15,295 bases of DNA from positions 1 through 15,295 of the IMG/VR virus record IMGVR_UViG_2778261085_000006. One strand, given 5' to 3'. Source of the DNA: a virus. Lineage: Duplodnaviria; Heunggongvirae; Uroviricota; Caudoviricetes. Every line of letters starts with the position of its first letter. The stretch's first letter is position 1. The notes beneath the pieces were generated by a model. It saw only the letters and a list, made by a program, of their open reading frames with translations, was not told the DNA's origin and searched no databases. Below are positions 7,137 to 13,295 of the stretch, piece after piece. Both the position numbers and the translations under genes were made by a program.

Positions 7137-8246
7137 TTACCCCCTGAATCCCGGCGGAATTTCGGTGTCCGGTTCAGAAATGTGATTCACACAACGCTGG
7201 TTGTTCGTGCCGCTTACCGGAATCAACCAGGGGTTTTCAAAATTCCGGTCCGGTCCAAAAAACGTCGTCGCTCGCTGAACAAATTCCGTTCCCGTTTTCC
7301 CGGTAGCCGCCAGGTATCTTGCATAACGCCTCACACCATCCATCATGGCCTCTGGTGGCACCCCCTCGCGTAATCTGGCCTTCCAGGCACTGAATGCGGA
7401 TTTCTTCGGGTTTGCCCCGGCACGCAACGGGTATTCCCGCCAGACCTGTTCGAACACATCCGGATAATCCACCCGTCCCACAGGCTGCCCGGTGTTTTCC
7501 GGGACTACCCGATCGGCTTCCCGCTGAATGGCGGAATCGGCTTCAGGCTGCTGCAGTTGGTGTGATTGTTCCGGCCTTGCGGTCATCGCCTGCTGCACAG
7601 CTCCCGAATCGGCTTTCAGCGCATACGCTGAATCGGCTTCCGGTGTCGTGCCTGCTGGCTGACCAGAATTTACGGTCTGAACATCCCCTGCCTGGTTCAT
7701 GGTGTTTTTTTCGCCATGAACCATAGTGTTTTTGTCCTGTTCCTGTTCTTTCTCCTGCTCCTGTTCTTGGCTTCGAAGCCCCTTAAAAGCCCCTTCGAAG
7801 CCCCTTACAGAATTTCGGCTATTATTCCGCCTCACATCCAGATGGAAATCCGTTTTATATCTGTCGTAAAACGCTGACAGAAAAGCGTTTTCAGGTAATG
7901 ATGCATACTCATTCCTGACACCTGCACAACGGTTATCGCCAGGCTTCAACGTTTCCCCAACCTGCCAGGCTGCCATTTCATGGACCCAGACCATCTCTGC
8001 ATCATGGTCATAGCTACAAAAACCAGCTTCAACAGCCCTTTTAAGCCCCTTTGAAGCCCCTTCCAGACCAAGCCCGGTTTCATGAGCAAGGTATAAAACT
8101 GGCAGGTAATACAAACCCAGCATATTTGCGTGAGGGGATGTCATCAGGTAAAAAGCAACAACTTGCGCTTCTGCACCCGCCTTTCTAAGTTCTCTCCCCG
8201 TTTCTCCCAGCCAGAATCGCGGAGAAACTTTTGCGTAATCACGCAT
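7137..8246 (-). CDS. Phage replication initiator (O-like) with internal repeat/linker region
   Basis: 370 aa from ATG 8246 (GAGGT SD); immediately upstream of the DnaC-like gene; central low-complexity QEQEQEKEQEQ plus PEADSA repeats; C-terminal YPDVFEQVWREYP...AWKARLREGV resembles phage replication-protein C-terminal domains. Confidence 0.7.
   Translation of the reverse strand: MRDYAKVSPRFWLGETGRELRKAGAEAQVVAFYLMTSPHANMLGLYYLPVLYLAHETGLGLEGASKGLKRAVEAGFCSYDHDAEMVWVHEMAAWQVGETLKPGDNRCAGVRNEYASLPENAFLSAFYDRYKTDFHLDVRRNNSRNSVRGFEGAFKGLRSQEQEQEKEQEQDKNTMVHGEKNTMNQAGDVQTVNSGQPAGTTPEADSAYALKADSGAVQQAMTARPEQSHQLQQPEADSAIQREADRVVPENTGQPVGRVDYPDVFEQVWREYPLRAGANPKKSAFSAWKARLREGVPPEAMMDGVRRYARYLAATGKTGTEFVQRATTFFGPDRNFENPWLIPVSGTNNQRCVNHISEPDTEIPPGFRG
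7511..7639. repeat. Four iteron-like copies of GAATCGGCTT inside the O-like gene (candidate origin-binding sites)
   Basis: Copies begin near 7511, 7534, 7606 and 7630 (spacing about 23, 72, 24 bp); followed by a T-rich tract at 7695..7770. Confidence 0.55.
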
Positions 8247-8324
8247 GGCTACCTCATCTGGTGCCGAAGCTTCCTCCGGATATAATCTGTGGTTCCCAAT
8301 CGACAGAACCAGAGGAGGTTCGAC

Positions 8325-8780
8325 ATGTATTTTTTGAAAAGCCTTTATCAGGCTCATGTATTAAATGTTGCAGCAACAAACCGCTGGTGTAACAGCCCCG
8401 AAATGCTCCCGGATTACAGAGCCTGGCTGCGCGCAGAAACATACCTTCGTCTCGACATATTGATTAGCGAACTTCAAAAAGAGACTGCATCCATTCATAA
8501 CCTTCAGGGTATCGACGCTGTTCGCATTCTGGTATCGCGCCATAGTGCTCTCTCAATAATTGAAGTGCGTCATCTCTCTTTTTCTGAACTGATTTTCTTG
8601 CTTCAACCAGCTCTGGAATCAGCGAATATCCCACCGGAAGTGATCCAATACCCACCTCATGTTGACGAGCAGTTACAAGATGTGCCATACAACCAGCGTG
8701 CTGGATTGACTCCCTGCTCAGAGGCTGAATGGGATCACTCTCTGCTGAAGAAATACCAAGATTTGTATAATCCTCAATAA
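8325..8780 (+). CDS. Hypothetical antisense-oriented protein (151 aa) with near-consensus SD
   Basis: GAGGAGGT at 8312..8319, 5-nt spacer, ATG at 8325; overlaps the minus-strand ORF 8464..8973 by 317 nt, so at most one is likely fully real. Confidence 0.3.
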   Translation: MYFLKSLYQAHVLNVAATNRWCNSPEMLPDYRAWLRAETYLRLDILISELQKETASIHNLQGIDAVRILVSRHSALSIIEVRHLSFSELIFLLQPALESANIPPEVIQYPPHVDEQLQDVPYNQRAGLTPCSEAEWDHSLLKKYQDLYNPQ

Positions 8781-8973
8781 GCCCGGCACACGCTTCTGCA
8801 TCAGCCAGCTTTATTCTGGTTTCCTTGCGCTGTTCTCTGGCTGACAAACGCCAGAGCAGCGCATTAACTTTATGTATCAACCACTCTGCCAGCTCCACAT
8901 CAGATAAACCGCCACGCCAGATGTGCGGACTGTTTTCGTAAACGCTCAGTGTCAATTTTTTGTCATTACTCAT
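8464..8973 (-). CDS. Hypothetical protein (169 aa from ATG 8973) between the YdaT-like and O-like genes
   Basis: Same strand as the surrounding operon; E. coli-like codon choice (CTG, CGT, GAA frequent); SD weak; conflicts with the antisense ORF 8325..8780. Confidence 0.45.
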   Translation of the reverse strand: MSNDKKLTLSVYENSPHIWRGGLSDVELAEWLIHKVNALLWRLSAREQRKETRIKLADAEACAGLIEDYTNLGISSAESDPIQPLSRESIQHAGCMAHLVTARQHEVGIGSLPVGYSLIPELVEARKSVQKKRDDALQLLREHYGAIPECEQRRYPEGYEWMQSLFEVR

Positions 8974-8986
8974 ATTTATTACCCAA

Positions 8987-9412
8987 TTAATGCACAGCCA
9001 GAGTGTTTCCTGCCGGGCCACCACGATTCATCTGATCGAACAGAACTATCGCTGATGCAACTAAATCATCGATATCTTTCACCAGCCGTTCCTGCGTCTC
9101 CACCAGCTCCCGAAAATAAGCGGAACTGTGGCTGCGCATTCGGGCCACCAGCGGAGGCGGCATCGCTTTTTCGATAGCTGGTAACAACGCCTGAATTTTT
9201 TTAACCGCGTCAGGGGTATCTTTCTCCAGCCAGCGGAAAATTTTCTGGGTATTACGGCCCAGGGCTTCCGGATGGCTGTCGTCGAACAGTTCAGGAAACG
9301 TCAGACCCAACTCGAAATAAGCCCGGGTTATTTCAGCTGCCGGAACTTTTTCACCGTCCGGATATGCCCAGGCATTCATCGCCATGCGGATGTGTTCATG
9401 CTTGATTTTCAT
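8987..9412 (-). CDS. YdaT-like (CII-position) protein
   Basis: 141 aa; GGAG SD 8 nt upstream; 17-nt overlap with the upstream Cro-like gene; same position and size as ydaT in Rac. Confidence 0.65.
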   Translation of the reverse strand: MKIKHEHIRMAMNAWAYPDGEKVPAAEITRAYFELGLTFPELFDDSHPEALGRNTQKIFRWLEKDTPDAVKKIQALLPAIEKAMPPPLVARMRSHSSAYFRELVETQERLVKDIDDLVASAIVLFDQMNRGGPAGNTLAVH

Positions 9413-9671
9413 GAATCAACTCCGGTGTATTTGATGTGTTAGCCTTATCTCCATCAGGCACCCCGTCAGTTGGATTCGGGTATAAATCTGGTCGCAATTC
9501 ATGAGGAGTCACCCCAGTTGCAATATAAATTTGACGAACCCGTTCTCCCGTCGGTACTCGACCATTGTATTCATTTGCCCATTTGTGTATTTGAGACGGC
9601 CAAGCCCCTATTGCACGCCCTAGCGGACGAATACCACCAGCAATCTTTATTGCTTTGTCCAATGCTGTCAT
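9396..9671 (-). CDS. Cro-like HTH regulator (YdaS/DicC position)
   Basis: 91 aa; GGAGG SD 4 nt before ATG; divergent from the repressor gene; N-terminus MTALDKAIKIAGGIRPLGRAIG resembles YdaS-type Cro-like proteins. Confidence 0.7.
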   Translation of the reverse strand: MTALDKAIKIAGGIRPLGRAIGAWPSQIHKWANEYNGRVPTGERVRQIYIATGVTPHELRPDLYPNPTDGVPDGDKANTSNTPELIHENQA

Positions 9672-9693
9672 ACAACCTCCAATTCAACTAACC

Positions 9694-9770
9694 TTAACAA
9701 TTGTTCACTTAAAACGAACATAAGTCAACACCTCGAGGAATTGTTAGTGTTCACTGAACGGTTATAATTG
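9694..9770. promoter_or_regulatory. Divergent immunity promoter/operator region with two operator sites of form TTGTT(C/A)-N9-GAAC
   Basis: Operators at 9701..9721 and 9741..9761; plus-strand promoter -35 TTGTTA (9741..9746) and -10 TATAAT (9764..9769), 6 nt from the repressor ATG; minus-strand promoter -35 TTGACT and -10 AACAAT overlapping operator 1. Confidence 0.6.
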
Positions 9771-9774
9771 CTAA

Positions 9775-10164
9775 ATGGACATGAGAAAAAAGCAATACGA
9801 CACCCCGCTAGCAGAAAGGTTAGATACGATCTCGCAACAGCATCATTTAAGTGGTTCAGATTTAGCGCGTATCGCTGGTGTAGGTCGTTCATCAGTCAAC
9901 GCATGGAAAAAAAGAGGAACAATCAGTAAAGATTCCGCAGCCAAAATTGCGGAAGCTACAAACGTTTCCCTTTCTTGGCTACTGACAGGAAAAGAAGAGA
10001 CAAATAGAGAGGCACTTGATGATGACGAGAAGGCCCTGCTTGATGTTTACAGAAGCCTGCCACCTGTAGAACGTAGAAATATGCTGGCAGCTTTTCAAAT
10101 GCGACTTCAAAAACTGACCGAATTTTACTCAGAATACGTCGACCCAATAACAAGACAAAAATAA
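9775..10164 (+). CDS. DicA-like XRE-family HTH repressor (short CI analogue without peptidase domain)
   Basis: 129 aa; N-terminal HTH (SGSDLARIAGVGRSSVNAWKKRG); C-terminal ALLDVYRSLPPVERRNMLAAF resembles the DicA C-terminal region; divergent to the Cro-like gene. Confidence 0.8.
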   Translation: MDMRKKQYDTPLAERLDTISQQHHLSGSDLARIAGVGRSSVNAWKKRGTISKDSAAKIAEATNVSLSWLLTGKEETNREALDDDEKALLDVYRSLPPVERRNMLAAFQMRLQKLTEFYSEYVDPITRQK

Positions 10165-10185
10165 TTCTTTATTTTACAGAATCAT

Positions 10186-10209
10186 ACCGCCGCAAGGCGG
10201 TTTTTTTTT
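10186..10209 (+). terminator. Rho-independent terminator after the repressor gene
   Basis: ACCGCC-gcaa-GGCGGT followed by a T9 run. Confidence 0.8.
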
Positions 10210-10230
10210 GCTTTTCGCGCACTCATTATG

Positions 10231-10259
10231 TTGACATTTGTTCACCTTGGAAGAACAAT
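10231..10259 (+). promoter_or_regulatory. Promoter of the leftward (dicB-operon-like) transcript with a third repressor operator
   Basis: -35 TTGACA (10231..10236), 17-nt spacer, -10 AACAAT (10254..10259); operator TTGTTC-N9-GAACAA at 10238..10258 matches the two sites in the divergent region. Confidence 0.55.
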
Positions 10260-10333
10260 GTATTCCATCAAAGCACAACGGTGCGACAGGTCTTAGTTCC
10301 GCTACCCCGGCGTTAAGGGGAAATGAGGTCAGC

Positions 10334-10486
10334 ATGGATACTATCGATCTTGGCAACAGCGAATCTCTGGTATGTGGCGTGTTCCCCAACCAGGACGGTA
10401 CGTTCACCGCGATGACGTATACCAAAAGCAAAACGTTTAAAACCGAAACTGGCGCGCGTCGCTGGTTAGCCAGAAACACTGACTGA
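10334..10486 (+). CDS. YdfA-like small protein (50 aa)
   Basis: GAGGT SD 4 nt before ATG at 10334; MDTIDLGNSESLVCGVFPNQDGTFTAMTYTKSKTFK resembles Qin YdfA as recalled; first gene after the DicA-repressed promoter. Confidence 0.65.
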   Translation: MDTIDLGNSESLVCGVFPNQDGTFTAMTYTKSKTFKTETGARRWLARNTD

Positions 10487-10497
10487 TGAGGTTGACG

Positions 10498-11136
10498 ATG
10501 GAATTTAAAGATTTACCAATATCAATACAGGAAATGGCCGCTGATGTGATTCGCTCGCAACTGGCGCGGAACCCAATGATATTAGTAGATAAAGTGTTCA
10601 TCATAAATTTATCAAATCATGTCCGCAATTCTTTTACCGGACTGTATTCAGATTCGTTCACAAACAATCATTGTGTAGAAAATAAAGCAAAGCCCATTGC
10701 AGAAACGATAACGCAAAACATCAATACGAAACAAACCGAAGAAGAAATTGACCAGTTTACCCGAGATACTGGCTTAAAATGCAGGAAAGAAAAATCGCCA
10801 TATGCGGGGAATATGTTTGTTTATGACAACCTTATCCGAATTCGTGGCGAAATTCCGACTGAATACCTAGCAAGAATTCACCGGGCATTACTTAAAAATC
10901 TGGAAACGGAAGTATTTGATGGCAATACCAACGGCTCCTTCGTGGTGTCAACTCTCGCAAAAGAGTGGGATACAGATAATCGCTGGAATGTTGCCACATG
11001 GTTATTCAGCAACAAAGCTGCTGCCCTGGAAGCTGCGGCCTGTATTTGCGACCTGCTAAGGACAGACCGCAAATACAACCTGGATGTGTATAGCTATATT
11101 TATGCTGAACACTATCCGCTATGGATTAACTGGTAA
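10498..11136 (+). CDS. Hypothetical 212-aa soluble protein, AT-rich, unknown family (candidate accessory/defence moron)
   Basis: GAGGT SD 5 nt before ATG at 10498; 1-nt TGATG overlap between the ydfA-like stop and an upstream in-frame ATG; GC visibly lower than flanking genes (about 38% in the first 60 nt counted by hand); no TM segments or recognisable motifs. Confidence 0.7.
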   Translation: MEFKDLPISIQEMAADVIRSQLARNPMILVDKVFIINLSNHVRNSFTGLYSDSFTNNHCVENKAKPIAETITQNINTKQTEEEIDQFTRDTGLKCRKEKSPYAGNMFVYDNLIRIRGEIPTEYLARIHRALLKNLETEVFDGNTNGSFVVSTLAKEWDTDNRWNVATWLFSNKAAALEAAACICDLLRTDRKYNLDVYSYIYAEHYPLWINW

Positions 11137-11346
11137 TTACAAAGCTGCACCAGCAGGGCCACGGCGACCAGCGCCACGATTGTAATCAATGATGCCATTA
11201 TAAAGCGCATTATTTAATTTATCGTCGAATGCCGATTCTGTGAGCCCTAGCACTGAATGAGTTTTTAATAACCCTGATTGCCTGAGTTGATTAACCAGGC
11301 ATTCAATCTGTTTTTCAATAATCGGATGTATTGGCTTGTTTGGCAT
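11137..11346 (-). CDS. Hypothetical 70-aa protein, convergent with the 212-aa gene
   Basis: GGAGGA SD 5 nt before ATG at 11346; its stop codon directly abuts the stop of the 212-aa gene (TAATTA); Gly/Arg/Ala-rich C-terminal tail. Confidence 0.45.
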   Translation of the reverse strand: MPNKPIHPIIEKQIECLVNQLRQSGLLKTHSVLGLTESAFDDKLNNALYNGIIDYNRGAGRRGPAGAAL

Positions 11347-11669
11347 TTTATCCTCCATTGAAGTTACTGGTTGAGAATGGAGACCACACGTGACAGCGTG
11401 TTGTCGTGCGCCGGACACGGATAAGAATCCGGCACTGACAGTTTACTGAAAGAATATATCCCTGAAAAGTCAGGGCATAACTCGAAAGCGCACGGCGGAG
11501 GTGTCTTTTCCTTAGAAGGCTTGTCGTTAGATTTCTTCGACCGTGCGCTTCCGGTTGTGGCACTCCGCGAAATGGCGCGGCGGTAAGTATGGCGGGGTTA
11601 TCCTTACCCCATTAGTGGCACCGGGTTGTCAGGTTGACCATACGCTTAAGTGACATCCCCGCTGCAACA

Positions 11670-11735
11670 ACCCATGTTGATTACCTTTTGGCGGGTATCC
11701 GTTTTTTGTTTTCCCTTGTGATACCCGCCCTTTTT
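11670..11735 (+). ncRNA. DicF-like small RNA candidate (processed sRNA ending in an intrinsic terminator)
   Basis: 10-bp perfect stem GGCGGGTATC / GATACCCGCC with a U-rich 20-nt loop, followed by CTTTTT; 5' flank UUUUGGCGGGUAUC resembles DicF UUUGGCGGUAUC as recalled; sits in a non-coding stretch of the DicA-repressed operon. Confidence 0.4.
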
Positions 11736-12001
11736 AAAGTGAATTTTGTGATGCGGTGAATGCGGCTAAGCGCACGCGGAACAGTTAAAAAGGACAGTTG
11801 ACATTCGTATTGGTTCTTATGGGTGGGTTATCTGTATCCGGCGTTAATTGTTAACTGGTTAACGTCACCTGGAGGCACCAGGCATCGCATCAACAAAATT
11901 CACTTCAGTGATGAAAGGTGAGAGAAAATGTTGAATGTAGCTATTGAAAACCAGAACGGGTGGAATTATAGTGCACCTGCACCTCATAAAACGGGTGCCG
12001 G

Positions 12002-12212
12002 GATTTGCACCCCGATGATCACTAGAGCGCATAACCGCGCCAAAGCGGTTTTTTTATGCGTAAAGCGCAGCCACATTCAGATTATGGTGGGGCGTATGGG
12101 GCCGTTTTCGGGCGGGCCGGATTCTCTAGTGACCGGTAGTGCAAACCCTGTACGTCTCACCACCCATGAGATTTGCACCTACGGTGGTGAGTTTACCAAC
12201 TTATCACTAGAG
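12002..12212. repeat. Three copies of a bipartite motif TTTGCAC-N-TCACTAGAG (direct, inverted, direct) upstream of the Rha gene
   Basis: Copy 1 at 12004..12027, inverted copy CTCTAGTGA...GTGCAAA at 12124..12146, copy 3 at 12172..12212 with a longer internal spacer. Confidence 0.5.
12034..12055 (+). terminator. Possible intrinsic terminator/attenuator in the Rha leader
   Basis: ACCGC-gccaaa-GCGGT followed by T7; stem is only 5 bp. Confidence 0.4.
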
Positions 12213-12221
12213 GCTGCCATC

Positions 12222-12776
12222 ATGGCTACTATCCCTACCCTGTCTCACCCTGACGTAACCATCGAAAACGGTCGCGCTATCACTACGTCTGTTGCGATCG
12301 CAGAGTTCTTTGGCAAACGACACGACAACGTGTTACGTGCCATCGCAAACATTGAATGCTCAGAAAAATTTAACGCCCTCAATTTTGAGGACGTAACGTA
12401 CACCGACGCCAAAGGCGAAAAACGTCCAATGTACCAAATCACCAAAAACGGCTTCGTTTTCCTGGTGATGGGCTTCACTGGCAAAAAAGCCGCTGCATTC
12501 AAAGAGGCCTACATTGCTGAGTTCGACCGCATGGAGGCAGAGCTGCGTCAGAATAACACCCCACCAACTGACAAAATAATTCCTGGCGATGGTCGCACTC
12601 TGGTTGTTCGATTCGACGAACACGGCAATATCAAATTCACCGAAACCGTTCCTGATGGTGCAATGGTCTGTACTCTGGATACCTTCCAGTTTTATCTGGA
12701 GAAACAGGGATGGACACTTGTAAACCGGAGCGCAATTAGAAACATGACTGTCGAACAATTGCTGCGTATTAAATAG
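12222..12776 (+). CDS. Rha-family phage regulatory protein (antirepressor-like)
   Basis: N-terminal AIAEFFGKRHDNVLRAIANIECSEKFNALNFE...MYQITKNGFVFLVMGFTGKKAAAFKEAYIAEFDRME matches the Rha N-terminal domain; the in-frame extension back to 11928 contains a terminator and repeats, so was not taken as coding. Confidence 0.75.
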   Translation: MATIPTLSHPDVTIENGRAITTSVAIAEFFGKRHDNVLRAIANIECSEKFNALNFEDVTYTDAKGEKRPMYQITKNGFVFLVMGFTGKKAAAFKEAYIAEFDRMEAELRQNNTPPTDKIIPGDGRTLVVRFDEHGNIKFTETVPDGAMVCTLDTFQFYLEKQGWTLVNRSAIRNMTVEQLLRIK

Positions 12777-12821
12777 TTTTCTGGAATTTACTTCATATGA
12801 CTAATTATTATGGAGATAATT

Positions 12822-13043
12822 ATGATTGCTCATCACTTCGGAACTGATGAAATACCACGTCAGTGTGTGACTCCAGGCGATTATGTTCTTCATGAGGGCA
12901 GGACATATATTGCATCGGCAAACAATATTAAAAAGCGAAAACTTTATATTCGTAGCCTGACCACAAAAACATGCATAACTGGCTGCATGGTTAAAGTTTT
13001 CCTCGGTCGTGATGGATTACCTGTAAAGGCTGAGTCATGGTGA
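12822..13043 (+). CDS. Small 73-aa protein at the position and size of Rac KilR (identity unverified)
   Basis: GGAG SD 6 nt before ATG at 12822; lies between the Rha and RecE-like genes. Confidence 0.5.
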   Translation: MIAHHFGTDEIPRQCVTPGDYVLHEGRTYIASANNIKKRKLYIRSLTTKTCITGCMVKVFLGRDGLPVKAESW

Positions 13044-13295
13044 TAGACAGGAAAATAAAATGCGCTTACCTCCTTTGCAATAAAGGATTTGAAGAAAGCA
13101 AAAGTATTAAAAACCACTTCATTTCATGCGTGGCGTTATCCAAACAACGGAAATGAAAAAAAAATATTGTAGTGAAATCTGTGCCGAAAAAGACCAGATG
13201 GCACATGAACTTTAATTAACTGACTGAACGAAACTGAATTTATGCCTGCAATGGCAGGGATTCGCTCAGCCTTAAAATAGTTATGAGGTTTATCA

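Noticed and set aside
11348-11563. Minus-strand 71-aa ORF upstream of the 70-aa gene
   Set aside because: Arg-rich, no SD, lies in the promoter/leader region; likely chance frame
11419-12217. Retron or CRISPR-like element in the long non-coding stretch
   Set aside because: No reverse transcriptase ORF nearby, and no regularly spaced identical repeats; the features fit an sRNA hairpin plus leader repeats better
11928-12221. N-terminal extension of the Rha ORF (ORF track start at 11928)
   Set aside because: Extension contains an intrinsic-terminator-like hairpin with T7 run and a repeat array; Rha homology begins near 12222, so treated as leader
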